Notes: generated by a model not told the origin, from the letters alone. A DNA stretch of 64,000 bases from an uncultured Methylomirabilota bacterium (GCA_963705305.1 OY970067.1:1024001-1088000), one strand, 5' to 3'; positions 1-9,775 are shown, counted from the first letter of the stretch. Program-made: numbers and translations.

Positions 1-719
1 AACGACCCCAGGGTGCGCGTGACGACGGCCGCCGCCTGGCCGAGATCCGGAAACACCGCTGCGATCGTGGCGCGGGTTGCCGGCATCGGCAGCAGCTTGA
101 AGGTCACCTCCGTGATGAGCCCCAGCGTCCCGAGGCTGCCGATGAACAGTTTATTCATGTCGTAGCCCGAGACGTTCTTGATCACCTTGCCCCCGCAGCG
201 GACCCGCTCCCCGGTCGGCAGGACGACCCGCATGCCCAGCACCCAGTCGCGGGCCGTCCCGTACAGAAGCCGGCTGGGCCCGCTGGCGCTGGTTGCGATC
301 ACCCCTCCCACCGTCCGCCGGGCCATCCCGGGCGGATCCAGCGGGAGAAATTCCCGCTCCGCCGCGAGCGCCCGCTCGAGGTCCCCGAGGCGCACCCCGG
401 CTTCCGCCGCGACAACCAAGTTCGCCGCGTCGAATTCCACGATTCGCGCCAGTCGGTCCAGGCAGATCACGACGTCCAGCCGAGCCGGAGGATTCCCCAG
501 CCCCACGGTCGACCCGCCGCCCCAGGGGGCGACGGCCGCCTCGGCCGACCCGCATGCCGCCACCACGGCCGCCACCTGCTCTTGCGTGCCGGGATGCACC
601 ACGAGCTGCGGCGCGACACCGTCCACGGCATAGGCGGCAGCCTCCGGTCCGGCGGCGAGGTGCTCCCCGCCGGCGATCTCGGATACCTGCCGCTGCAGTC
701 CCTCCAGCTCACGCAGCAT
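1..719 (-). CDS. glcE: Glycolate/lactate oxidase FAD-binding subunit (GlcE-like), runs off the window edge
   Basis: Not in the ORF track. Manual translation from ATG at 719 gives MLRELEGLQRQV...RTVGGVIATSASGPSRLLYGTARDWVLG...GGKVIKNVSGYDMNKLFIGSLGTLG. Overlaps the glcD stop. Confidence 0.85.
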   Translation of the reverse strand, partial: MLRELEGLQRQVSEIAGGEHLAAGPEAAAYAVDGVAPQLVVHPGTQEQVAAVVAACGSAEAAVAPWGGGSTVGLGNPPARLDVVICLDRLARIVEFDAANLVVAAEAGVRLGDLERALAAEREFLPLDPPGMARRTVGGVIATSASGPSRLLYGTARDWVLGMRVVLPTGERVRCGGKVIKNVSGYDMNKLFIGSLGTLGLITEVTFKLLPMPATRATIAAVFPDLGQAAAVVTRTLGS

Positions 720-2109
720 GAGCCACCTCCTGCGGGGCGGGGAACATCTTGCCGGGGTTGGCGAGGTTTCGGGGATCGAAGGCCTGCTTCACCTTCAGCT
801 GAGCCCGGATATCGTCGTCGGTGAAGACGAGGCGCATGGACTCGATCTTCTCCAGGCCGACGCCGTGCTCGCCGCTGATGGTGCCCCCCAGCTCCACGCA
901 CAGCCGGAGGATCTCCATCCCGGCCCGCATGACGCGGCCCTTCTGCTCTGCATCTCGCCAGTCGAAGAGGATCAGCGGGTGCAGGTTGCCGTCCCCGGCG
1001 TGGAACACGTTGGGGATCTGGAGGTCGTACTTCTTGCCGACCTCGGCCACCTTCTTCAGGACCGCGGGCAGGGCCGTGCGGGGGACCGTCCCGTCGCAGA
1101 CCAGGTAGCTGGGGGTGATCCGGGCCACCGCGCCGAACGCGCCGCGCCGGCCGGCCCACAGTGCGGCCCGCTCGGCCTCGTCTTTCGCCACCCGGACCTC
1201 GCGGGCCCCGTGGGCGCGGCACAGGTCGGCGATGGATTGCGCTTGCGCCTCCAGGTCATCCTCAAGCCCGTCCACCTCGATGAGGAGGACGGTCGCACAG
1301 TCCAGGGGAAAGCCGCAGGGCATCGACGCCTCCACCGCCTTGATGACCAGCTGGTCCATCATCTCCAGCGTGGCGGGGACCATGCCGGCGCCCACGATGG
1401 CCGACACCGTCTCGCTGCCCGCCTCGAGGCTATCGTAGATGGCCAGCAGCGTCTTGACCGCTTCCGGCAACCGCACAATGCGGGTCACGATCTCCGTGCA
1501 GATTCCCAGGGTCCCCTCGCTCCCCACGAAGACCCCGGTAAGATCATAGCCGGGGGCGTCCGGCGCCTTGCCGCCGGTCCGGACGATCCGGCCGTCGGGG
1601 AGGACCAGGGTAAGCCCGAGGACATGGTTCGTGGTGACGCCGTACTTGAAGCAGTGGGGGCCGCCGGAGTTTTCGGCCACGTTGCCCCCCAGCGTGGCGG
1701 CCTTCTGGCTGGCGGGATCGGGGAGATACTGGTAGCCGAGCGGTGCGAGGGCGTTGCCGAATTCCAGATTGAAATGACCCGGCTGGACGCGGGCCCGCAA
1801 ATTGGGGAGGTCCACCTCCAGGATGCGGTTCATGCGGATCATCTCCAGGACGACGCCGCCCCGGAACGGAATCGTGCCCCCCGACAGATTCGTGCCCCCG
1901 CCCCGCGGCACGAAGGGAACCCCGTGCTTGTTGCAGGCGGTGACCACCCTGGCGACCTCTTCGGTGGTGCCCACGAAGACGACCGCATCGGGGCGCCGCT
2001 CTTCCAGATAGGCGTCGTACTTGTAGAGGTGGAGATCCACGCCCGAGTCCTTGACATTCGCCTTGCCAACGATTTGTCGGAGCTCGGCCACGAGCGTTCG
2101 TGTTTCCAT
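709..2109 (-). CDS. glcD: FAD-linked oxidase subunit, GlcD / D-lactate dehydrogenase family
   Basis: Motifs PRGGGTNLSGG, PDPASQKAATLGGNVAENSGGPHCFKYG, GSEGTLG, HAGDGNLHP, GEHGVG. Probable start METRTL at 2109. Confidence 0.9.
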   Translation of the reverse strand: METRTLVAELRQIVGKANVKDSGVDLHLYKYDAYLEERRPDAVVFVGTTEEVARVVTACNKHGVPFVPRGGGTNLSGGTIPFRGGVVLEMIRMNRILEVDLPNLRARVQPGHFNLEFGNALAPLGYQYLPDPASQKAATLGGNVAENSGGPHCFKYGVTTNHVLGLTLVLPDGRIVRTGGKAPDAPGYDLTGVFVGSEGTLGICTEIVTRIVRLPEAVKTLLAIYDSLEAGSETVSAIVGAGMVPATLEMMDQLVIKAVEASMPCGFPLDCATVLLIEVDGLEDDLEAQAQSIADLCRAHGAREVRVAKDEAERAALWAGRRGAFGAVARITPSYLVCDGTVPRTALPAVLKKVAEVGKKYDLQIPNVFHAGDGNLHPLILFDWRDAEQKGRVMRAGMEILRLCVELGGTISGEHGVGLEKIESMRLVFTDDDIRAQLKVKQAFDPRNLANPGKMFPAPQEVAHAA

Positions 2110-2161
2110 GGCGTCCCTGTATCCTCCCGCCCCGGCCTCGGGGGCCAGCCGGTTCACTCCT

Positions 2162-2518
2162 TCATCGCAGGCATCTCGGGCGTGGATGTTCGCCTGTCGT
2201 TCCGCTGGCGCATTCCGGATGGCAGGCGGGCCGACCCCCGGCCACGGGAATCAGGATGGAGAGGGCGTCCCCGCTCTGCACTAGCGTCTCCAGGCCCTGC
2301 AAGGCGCGGATGTCCCGCCCGTTCAGCTCGACAAACAGGTAGGCGAGGAGGCCGCCTGTCCCCCCATCGAACAGGCGGCCCTTCAACCCGTCGTGCGCGG
2401 CCACCAGATCCTCCAGCACGGTCCGCACCGTGGCCCCCGGCGCGACGTCGAGCTGCACCGATTGCCGCCCCATGATTCGGGCCAAGTCGAACATCGTGCG
2501 GACCGTCACCGTCGGCAT
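2162..2518 (-). CDS. moaD: MoaD/ThiS-family sulfur carrier with C-terminal extension
   Basis: MPTVTVRTMFDL...VELNGRDI...GDALSILIPVAGG followed by 23 extra residues; directly downstream of AOR, with GAGG RBS. Confidence 0.8.
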   Translation of the reverse strand: MPTVTVRTMFDLARIMGRQSVQLDVAPGATVRTVLEDLVAAHDGLKGRLFDGGTGGLLAYLFVELNGRDIRALQGLETLVQSGDALSILIPVAGGRPACHPECASGTTGEHPRPRCLR

Positions 2519-2541
2519 GCCGCCTCTCCTGTTGCCACCCG

Positions 2542-4410
2542 TCAGGCGCGCGGCAGATCCGCCACCAGGGCCTCCAGGCCCAGGGCCTTCAGCCGCTCCG
2601 GCGTCGGCACCCCCCGGGCGTCCCAGCCGTGCAGGCTGTAGTACTCGTCCAGCATGACGTCCCGGTCCTCCGGTGAGATGCGGTGCCCTTGAGAGGCGCC
2701 TGTCTTCAGCGGCTCCATCAGCAGGCGATCCGGCAGGGTGTCGTCCGCCCGGGTGAGCCCGGCGCGGAGGTTCCAGACCCGGGCCATGTTGGTGAGCCGC
2801 TCGCCCACCCGCACCACCTCTTCGGGGGTCACGTTGTAGCCCTGGGCCGCACGCCAGAGATCGGCGACGACCGTGGGTCCCAGGTTTTTGGGGAGGAGGG
2901 CCAGGCGGACGACGAACGTGCAAAGCATGGCGGAATCCTTGACGGAGGCTCCCACGTCCTGGTTGAAGATGGTGAGGGCGGCCTTCCCCTCGATAGCCAG
3001 GCGATCCACGGCCTGGGGCACGGGGATGCCGAACACCTCCTGCTCCGAGTGGCCGCGGGAATGGTCCGCGCCGGTATAGGCGGTCATGTAGTTGAGGCCC
3101 ATGGCCTTGAGGCCGCGGGGGTCGTAGCCCGGAAACTCCAACCCCTTGACGTGCATGGCGTACTTGGGGGCTTCTCCGCCGATGCGCTCGGCGGCCCGCT
3201 TGCTCCCTTCGGCGAGAAGGTCGCCCACTCCCTCGCGGTAGGCGATCTTCCGCAGGAGCGCGACCGCCGCCTCATGGTTGCCGAACTTGAGGTCGAGGCC
3301 GTCCACATCCCCCCGCGTGAGGATCCCCCGCTCGTACAGCTCCATGGCCATGGCCACCGTCGCCCCGAAGGAGACGGTGTCCAGCCCCAGCTCGTCACAG
3401 AGGCGGTCCATGGCGATGCAGGCGCCCATGTCCGTGATGCCCATGTCACTTCCCAGGGAGTAGAGCGACTCGAACTCGGGCCCTTCGCTGGCATAGCCGG
3501 CATACGGCCCCGAGGAGACCGCCCGCACCTGGGCGGCCAGGACGGGGCACTGGTCGCAGGCGAAGTGGCGAACCCGGAATCCGGTGCCCGCCTGGGCGCC
3601 GATGGTCAGGTACTTTTCGTCCGCCGGCTCCTGGAAGTTCAGGGCCGGCATGTCCCCTTGTTTGACGGTCAGCTCCACGTTGCCGGCCGTGCCGAAGTTC
3701 CGGAAGCGGCTGTACAGCGCCGGGCTCTCCTTCATGGCCGTATGGAGGATCTTCACCGCCTCCTTGAATGCCGCCGAGTCGGCCAGGGGTGGGACCTTCT
3801 GGCTGCCGCGCACCGCGATGGCCTTCAGGTTCTTGGCCCCCATCACCGCGCCCAGGCCCTTCCGCCCGGCGGCCCGGCGCTCGTTGATGATGGCGGCGTA
3901 CCTGACCAGGCGCTCGCCGCCCGGGCCGATGCACGCGATGCGGATGTTACCGTCGTGGAGCGCCTGCTGCATGTAGAACTGGGTATCGATGGTGTTGAGC
4001 CCCCAGTAGTCCTGGGCGTCGCGGATCTCCGCTTTGCCGTCGTCGATCCAGAGGTATGCGGGGGCCTCGGCCTTCCCCTCCACGATGACGGCCTGCACGC
4101 CGGTCGCCCGCAGCTCGTTGGGGAAAAAGCCTCCGGAGTTGGAGTAGCCCACCGTTCCCGACATCGGCGACTTTCCCACGAAGGCCACGCGGCTGGTGAC
4201 CGGCGCCGATGTCCCGGCCAGGAAGCCCAGGCTCGCGATCAGCTTGTTGTCCGGGCCCAGCGCGTCTACGCGGGGGTCCACCTCGTCGTATAGGAGCTTG
4301 ATGGCCGCGGCTGCCCCGCCCATGAACCGCCGGGACAGGGTCTCCGGGTACGGCTCCTCCGTGATCTGTTTGGTGGTAAGGTTCACCCGCAGGATCTTCC
4401 CCATGATCAT
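2542..4410 (-). CDS. aor: Tungsten-dependent aldehyde:ferredoxin oxidoreductase family protein
   Basis: GKILRVNLT, KSPMSG, GRKGLGAVMGAKNLKAI, EGPEFES, CDELGLDTVS, HVKGLEFPGYDPR, DEYYSLHGWD. Confidence 0.92.
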   Translation of the reverse strand: MIMGKILRVNLTTKQITEEPYPETLSRRFMGGAAAAIKLLYDEVDPRVDALGPDNKLIASLGFLAGTSAPVTSRVAFVGKSPMSGTVGYSNSGGFFPNELRATGVQAVIVEGKAEAPAYLWIDDGKAEIRDAQDYWGLNTIDTQFYMQQALHDGNIRIACIGPGGERLVRYAAIINERRAAGRKGLGAVMGAKNLKAIAVRGSQKVPPLADSAAFKEAVKILHTAMKESPALYSRFRNFGTAGNVELTVKQGDMPALNFQEPADEKYLTIGAQAGTGFRVRHFACDQCPVLAAQVRAVSSGPYAGYASEGPEFESLYSLGSDMGITDMGACIAMDRLCDELGLDTVSFGATVAMAMELYERGILTRGDVDGLDLKFGNHEAAVALLRKIAYREGVGDLLAEGSKRAAERIGGEAPKYAMHVKGLEFPGYDPRGLKAMGLNYMTAYTGADHSRGHSEQEVFGIPVPQAVDRLAIEGKAALTIFNQDVGASVKDSAMLCTFVVRLALLPKNLGPTVVADLWRAAQGYNVTPEEVVRVGERLTNMARVWNLRAGLTRADDTLPDRLLMEPLKTGASQGHRISPEDRDVMLDEYYSLHGWDARGVPTPERLKALGLEALVADLPRA

Positions 4411-4844
4411 GGTACGTCCTCCTTTTCTCTCGCCCCCGGCCGCCTTCCCGGCCGCGGGACGCTGCCCTGCCTACTCTCGCGCAGGTTGCGCCTCGGCTCG
4501 TGCTGTTACCGATTCGCACCAGACGCCCGATCGGACACCCCACTGTCTTTTCACGGAGTTATCGCAAAACGCCATCTCCTTCGCCAACGGCAGGCGGAAG
4601 GCAAACATCGTCCCCCGGGACACCCGGGTTGCGCTCCCAATCTACATTCTCTCTCTGCAAGGAGGTATACGTCCCGCAGGTCAAGATCGTCAAGTGAATC
4701 GTTTCGCCCGCATCCCGCCCGAGCGCCCGTGCCGGTGAGGGGGGCAATGCAGGGCCCTCCCGGCTGCACCATATCTGTCAGGACACGATCAGAGCGGTGC
4801 CGGGGGACGGGCGGCCCGTCCCCCGGCTCGGCCGACCTACCAGC

Positions 4845-6656
4845 TCATGGAACAGGCGGGATCGGGATCATGCCCGGGAACACATACGCCTGCAGGAAAC
4901 AGATCAGGCCGATCACCGCGGCACCAGCGACGGAATGCCAGAAGACCGTGCGGAAGATCGGCCCCATGGCGTGCGACCGCTCGTAGGGATCGTCGTAGCA
5001 GGCGGCGCAGGCGACCATGATGGACTGAGGGTCGATCATCTTGCCCATGACCCCGCCGGTGGAGTTCGTGGCGGAGATCAGGACCTCGTTCAGGTGCAGC
5101 TGCTGCGCGGTGATCCGCTGCAGGTTGCCGAACAGCGCGTTCGAGGCGGTGTCGGAGCCGGTGAGGAAGACCCCCAGCCAGCCAAGGTAGGCCGAGAAGA
5201 ACGGATACAGGGGGCCGGCGGCGGTGAAGGCCAGGCCGATCACGGCGTCGGTCCCGGAGTAGCGGGTGAGGAACCCGAGCCCGAGCACCTGCGCGATGAC
5301 CAGAATCGGGATCCCCAAGCGGCGGGCGGTCCGGGTGATGGACTGACCCCACTGGGCTGGGTTCAATTTCAAGACGAGGCCGGAAATGAGGGCGGCAACG
5401 AACACACCCGTACCGGCCGCGGAGAGCCAGTTGATGGCAAACACAGCCGCCTCTGGCTTGGCGTTCAGTGGAGCCACCGGTGGCATTCGCTCGACCAGAT
5501 TATGGAGCGCTGGCATCTGCCACACTGGCAGCGAGAGGGAGCCGGCGAAGGTGGAGCCGAGGAGGGTGGTCTTGAAGGTGATCCCGGAGAAGAGGCCATT
5601 CAGGTACGCCTTCCACTGGGGCATGCCCCAGATGGCACAGCAGACGATGAGGATGCCCCAGGGCACCCAGGCGTAGGCCGTCTGCCCGGCGGTGTATGGA
5701 TATTTCCACTCGCTGCTGTCGGTGGTCACCGTCTCCGTCTTTTTGCCGGCCTTTGCCAGGGCCTCCCGCTCGGACCGCAACAGGAACCGGGTCTTGGGGT
5801 GCCAGACGAAGCGGAGGAACAGCGCCGTGCAGATGACGGAGAAGACGCCCGCGACCACATCCGTCATCAGGTGGAACTCGTTGGTCTGGGACGCAATGAA
5901 CTGCATGACGGCGAAAGAGCAGCCGGACATCAGCGTTCCCGGCCACACCTCCCACGCCTCCTTCCACGTTCCCCCTTCCATCAAGACGAAGGCTGTCACC
6001 AGCCAGAACGGGACCAGGATGGACACCCAGGGGAGCTGCCGGCCCACCATGGAGGACAGGGTGAGCTGGTCGAGGCCGGTCACGGTCGCGAGCATCACGA
6101 TGGGGGTGCCGATGGCCCCGAAGGCGACCGGGGCGGTGTTGGCCAGCAGGTTCAGGACGGCCGACTGGAAGGGCGAGAAGCCGAGGCCCACCATCACGGC
6201 GCCGGCGATGGCCACCGGCGTCCCGAAGCCCGACGTGCCCTCGATGATGGCCCCGAAGGAGAAGGCGATCAGGAGAACCTGGAGGCGCCGGTCGAACGAG
6301 ATGTGAATGATGGACTCCTTCACGATCTCGAACTTCCCGGAGATCAGGGTCATATTGTAGAGAAATATGGCCCCGATGATGATCCAGATGATCGCCAGGA
6401 AGCCCGACAGGGCGCCGTACGAGAAGGCGGAGAAGGCCGACACGAATGGCATCCTGAAGGCCAGGGTGGTTACCACGAAGGCGGCCAGAACGCCGTAGAA
6501 CGCGGCATACGGAGCGCTGATACCGAGATGTCTCCCCCCTTGCTTGTCCCGGTGGGGGTGCAGGGCGATGAAATACAGAAGGGTCAGAATTGGGATGGCG
6601 GCCACAATCGTCGAGAGGAAGGCGTTGCCGAATGGGTTGTAGTTCTGATGATACAT
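4845..6656 (-). CDS. lctP: L-lactate/glycolate permease (LctP/GlcA family)
   Basis: DRRLQVLLIAFSFGAIIEGTSGFGTPVAI, ANTAPVAFGAIGTP, GWLGVFLTGSDTASNALFG, NSTGGVMGKMIDPQSI; GAGGAG RBS. Confidence 0.93.
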   Translation of the reverse strand: MYHQNYNPFGNAFLSTIVAAIPILTLLYFIALHPHRDKQGGRHLGISAPYAAFYGVLAAFVVTTLAFRMPFVSAFSAFSYGALSGFLAIIWIIIGAIFLYNMTLISGKFEIVKESIIHISFDRRLQVLLIAFSFGAIIEGTSGFGTPVAIAGAVMVGLGFSPFQSAVLNLLANTAPVAFGAIGTPIVMLATVTGLDQLTLSSMVGRQLPWVSILVPFWLVTAFVLMEGGTWKEAWEVWPGTLMSGCSFAVMQFIASQTNEFHLMTDVVAGVFSVICTALFLRFVWHPKTRFLLRSEREALAKAGKKTETVTTDSSEWKYPYTAGQTAYAWVPWGILIVCCAIWGMPQWKAYLNGLFSGITFKTTLLGSTFAGSLSLPVWQMPALHNLVERMPPVAPLNAKPEAAVFAINWLSAAGTGVFVAALISGLVLKLNPAQWGQSITRTARRLGIPILVIAQVLGLGFLTRYSGTDAVIGLAFTAAGPLYPFFSAYLGWLGVFLTGSDTASNALFGNLQRITAQQLHLNEVLISATNSTGGVMGKMIDPQSIMVACAACYDDPYERSHAMGPIFRTVFWHSVAGAAVIGLICFLQAYVFPGMIPIPPVP

Positions 6657-6845
6657 CGTGTCTCCTCCTCAGGCTGACGGAACGGGATACTGGGATCGCC
6701 CCTTTCTCGGAGGGCGACTCAGCGTGCCCCGGGGAGCTCTTGCGAGAAGAGCCCTGGCGCAGATCCCTCAGGGGCTTCACGACGACCGGCGAGGTTGCTC
6801 GTAAAAACAGGGTCGGCGTCCCGCTGAACAGGATGGGAGCGGGCT

Positions 6846-7232
6846 CTAGGCGGGATCTTCGGCTGCGAGGCGTGTGGAGAAGGCCATGTGGCGTGCGTGA
6901 GAGCGCAGACGGACCCGCTCAAACCGAGGGGCGATCGGTGCCGGCTTCAACCCGATGCAGATCTTGGAAAAGTTGGTCGGAAGGCTGAGGGTCTGCCAGA
7001 AAGCGTCGAGCCTGATCGGCTCGAGGCGCAAGGGACCCTTGGCAGGCAGAGATTCCCGGTCGACGAGGGATGGGACGGTCGTTACGGCTTCCCTGGACAG
7101 TCCAGCGTACAGTCGTGAGCCATCCACGTCCAGGAGATCGAAGCCAACAAACAGCCCCATCGCCAGGAAGGCCGAATACAGCCCTACCCGCCAGGCCGTT
7201 GAGCCTCGCCGCCACGTGCCCCGGAGCCTCAC
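6846..7232 (-). CDS. Putative membrane-anchored leader peptide, copy 1 (upstream of lctP)
   Basis: 128 aa: basic N-terminus, hydrophobic segment, FDLLDVDGS, ends RSHARH...EDPA. Architecture shared with 20886..21347 and 45886..46266. GAGG upstream of the GTG start. Confidence 0.65.
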   Translation of the reverse strand: MRLRGTWRRGSTAWRVGLYSAFLAMGLFVGFDLLDVDGSRLYAGLSREAVTTVPSLVDRESLPAKGPLRLEPIRLDAFWQTLSLPTNFSKICIGLKPAPIAPRFERVRLRSHARHMAFSTRLAAEDPA

Positions 7233-7269
7233 GACTCACCTCGCGGCTACCAGCGACGTATGCGGGCGG

Positions 7270-7299
7270 ATGCTACTTCGATCGGACTGTTGCTGTCAA
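7270..7299 (-). promoter_or_regulatory. Putative sigma70 promoter for leader ORF 1 / lctP
   Basis: TTGACA-N18-TAGCAT on the minus strand. Confidence 0.4.
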
Positions 7300-7370
7300 T
7301 ATGCTCGTCGCAGCCTATTGCATTGGGATCTAGCTTGTGTTTCCCGGCGAACAACCGTTCTCCCGGGGGC

Positions 7371-8462
7371 TCACGCGGCCCGCTGCTCCCGGCCCATCTT
7401 CCACAGCATCCAGGCCACCGTGAGGAGCCCCAAGAGAAACACAGCCGAGAACACGGCGAGCAGGTCTCCCTGCGTTGCGCTGGGCACCTCCCGCAGCCGG
7501 ACGAACGGGGCCAGGTACAGGCCCCGCACCATGTCGCGGAGGACGATCATCCCGGCCAGCGTGAGGAGGAGGACTCCCGCGGCCAGACGGATGAGAGCGG
7601 GTTGTCCGATCGGATCCATCGTCCGTGAGAGCAGAATCAACAGGAGCACACCCAGACCCACGGCCAGGGCAAAGGTCGGGGTCTCGGGAAATCGCCCTTG
7701 CATGATCCCCTGGAGGACGCCCAGGGGTAGGGCGAACAGGAACCAGAAGCCGTCCGCCACCTGCAGGCCGGTCGCCACCAGCGCCCAGCGCAGGCCGCGC
7801 TGCGCCAGCCATGGATAGAAGGGGTCCGGATCCCGCCGGGCGCGCTCCGTGGCCAGCAGCCCCAGGAACACGCCCCCCACTGCCAGCGACCCCAGGACAA
7901 AGTGGAGGTACCGGGGAAGCAGCGTCGGATCGCGGAGCGCATCGGCCGCCCCCATGCCGACCGCGACCCAGCGTGACGGCGTCAGTTCCAGGACGTTGAC
8001 CAGCACCTGGATCGCCGCCGCGCCCAGGAATGCGAGAGCGGCCACCAGGAGCCAGGCCGCGAGACCGTCCTTTCCGCCCGCCTTGTATTTGAACAGGTAG
8101 GTCGCGTAATAGCCCGCCCCCAGCAGGACCAGCAGGGACAGCCAGACCCATCCCACCAGGATGGTCGCCGGGTAGAAGACCTGACCGTACAAGACCTGGA
8201 CGAAGAGGAGGGGGGCGACCCCCGTGGTGATGGTGAAGGCGATCGTCGTGGGCAGGAATCCCGCCACCAGCCGCCCCAGGCGCCTACCCGGCCCATCGGG
8301 CCAGCCTGCCAGGAGGCGGTGCGCGGCGGCGATAATCGACCCGCCCAACGTGACGCTCAGAAACAGGATGTGGATGAGGAACGTGACGACCAGCAGCAGG
8401 TGAAAGAGCCAGGCCGGCGCCGGCAGCGGCATCGGGTCCAGGGCGGGAAGCGGCAGCGTCAT
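7371..8462 (-). CDS. Polytopic membrane protein, CydA-like partner subunit
   Basis: About 9 TM segments, His in TM1 (FLIHILF), TGVAPLLFVQVLYG, PRYLHF; coupled to the upstream gene by an ATGA overlap. Confidence 0.7.
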   Translation of the reverse strand: MTLPLPALDPMPLPAPAWLFHLLLVVTFLIHILFLSVTLGGSIIAAAHRLLAGWPDGPGRRLGRLVAGFLPTTIAFTITTGVAPLLFVQVLYGQVFYPATILVGWVWLSLLVLLGAGYYATYLFKYKAGGKDGLAAWLLVAALAFLGAAAIQVLVNVLELTPSRWVAVGMGAADALRDPTLLPRYLHFVLGSLAVGGVFLGLLATERARRDPDPFYPWLAQRGLRWALVATGLQVADGFWFLFALPLGVLQGIMQGRFPETPTFALAVGLGVLLLILLSRTMDPIGQPALIRLAAGVLLLTLAGMIVLRDMVRGLYLAPFVRLREVPSATQGDLLAVFSAVFLLGLLTVAWMLWKMGREQRAA

Positions 8463-9775
8463 TTCGCGCCTCCTGGGGCGGCGGCAGAGGCCGATGCAGG
8501 CGCGCCCCCCAGCCCGGCGAGATAGGTGGCCAGGCTCTTGATCTCTTCCTCCGTCCCGACGATCGGCGGCATCCCCGGCTGGCCGCCGCCGCGCAGGGCC
8601 TCGAGGAGCATCGCCAGGCTGGCGGCATCCATCCCACCCACCAAGGGCCGGATGGCCAGGTAGCCGTCCAGGCTATGGCACATCCGGCACTGGGCGCGGA
8701 AGACTTGCTCCCCCAGGCTCGTCGAAGCCTGAGCCAGACCGACCCCGGCCCAGTGCGCTTTCGACAGGATGCCTTGGTGATTCAGGCGATCCACCTCGTC
8801 CACGCGAACCCCGTTGCTGTACATGTACCCGTAAATCACGAACGGCTTCCGGCTCCCTTCCCGGATCCGCTCATACGCGCCGAGGTGCAGACCCGACAGC
8901 AGGATGGCCGCCAGGGCCGCCGCCACCCCGAACGTCCGCGGGAAGAGAAAACCGGCCCAGACCAGCAGGATGGACACGAGCGCCAGGGCCGCCAGACCGA
9001 CCAGGTACGTCTGTCGCAACAGCGCGCCGGCTGGAAAGATCAGGGCCCGGGCGTCGGCCGGAATCCTCGCCTGCCACCACCCGAGACCTGCCAGCGACAG
9101 GGCCGCGCCAGCGATGCCCCAGGCGGCCAGGTACCGGACCAGATCGCGCCGGCCGGACGCATCCGGCATCCAGGCGGCCACGACCCAGCCGTAGGCGCCG
9201 GCCAACAGCAGGGCGACGCCTGTGCGCAGCAGCAGGGACGGCCAGTACGTCGGATTGAAGAAGCCGTCCCAGAAGGCCCGGGTCTCGATCCAGCGGCCCG
9301 GGGTCAGCATGAAGGTGATGATCCCGTTGATGACGACCAGGCTGAGATAGGCCGCCAGAAAGTAGATCCAGCCGACGGCGACGTGGGTCCGGCGCGAGAA
9401 GCGGTCCCAGGTGCCGACGTACACCAGGGCCGCCGCGACCTCGACGAAGAAGAACACCCACTCGATCGCCCACCCCCACACGAAGGTATGGATCAGGGCC
9501 AACGTCGCCGCCGGCTGCACTAGGCCGATGGTGAACCAGATGCCCACCCCCGTGACGGCGCCCAGGACCGTGGAGAGCAGGACGAGGAAGGTGGACTCCT
9601 TGCGGGCGAACTCCAGCCAGAGGGGATTGCCTCGCCGGACGGCGAGTTGCTCCGTCGCCACGATGAGGAGACCGCCGCCCACGGCGAAGTGCGCGAGGAT
9701 TACGTGGAGGATGGCGATCCCCCCGATCAGCCAGCCTCCGTTGATGTACGGGACGAGGAAAAGCGGGTAGTCCAT
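8459..9775 (-). CDS. Cytochrome bd subunit I-like protein fused to a C-terminal cytochrome c
   Basis: ILHVILAHFAVGGG, GAVTGVGIWF, WAIEWVFFFVE, FMLTPG, FFNPTYWP, ERIREGSRKPF; C-terminal CRMCH heme motif and distal Met (GMPP). Confidence 0.8.
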   Translation of the reverse strand: MDYPLFLVPYINGGWLIGGIAILHVILAHFAVGGGLLIVATEQLAVRRGNPLWLEFARKESTFLVLLSTVLGAVTGVGIWFTIGLVQPAATLALIHTFVWGWAIEWVFFFVEVAAALVYVGTWDRFSRRTHVAVGWIYFLAAYLSLVVINGIITFMLTPGRWIETRAFWDGFFNPTYWPSLLLRTGVALLLAGAYGWVVAAWMPDASGRRDLVRYLAAWGIAGAALSLAGLGWWQARIPADARALIFPAGALLRQTYLVGLAALALVSILLVWAGFLFPRTFGVAAALAAILLSGLHLGAYERIREGSRKPFVIYGYMYSNGVRVDEVDRLNHQGILSKAHWAGVGLAQASTSLGEQVFRAQCRMCHSLDGYLAIRPLVGGMDAASLAMLLEALRGGGQPGMPPIVGTEEEIKSLATYLAGLGGAPASASAAAPGGAK

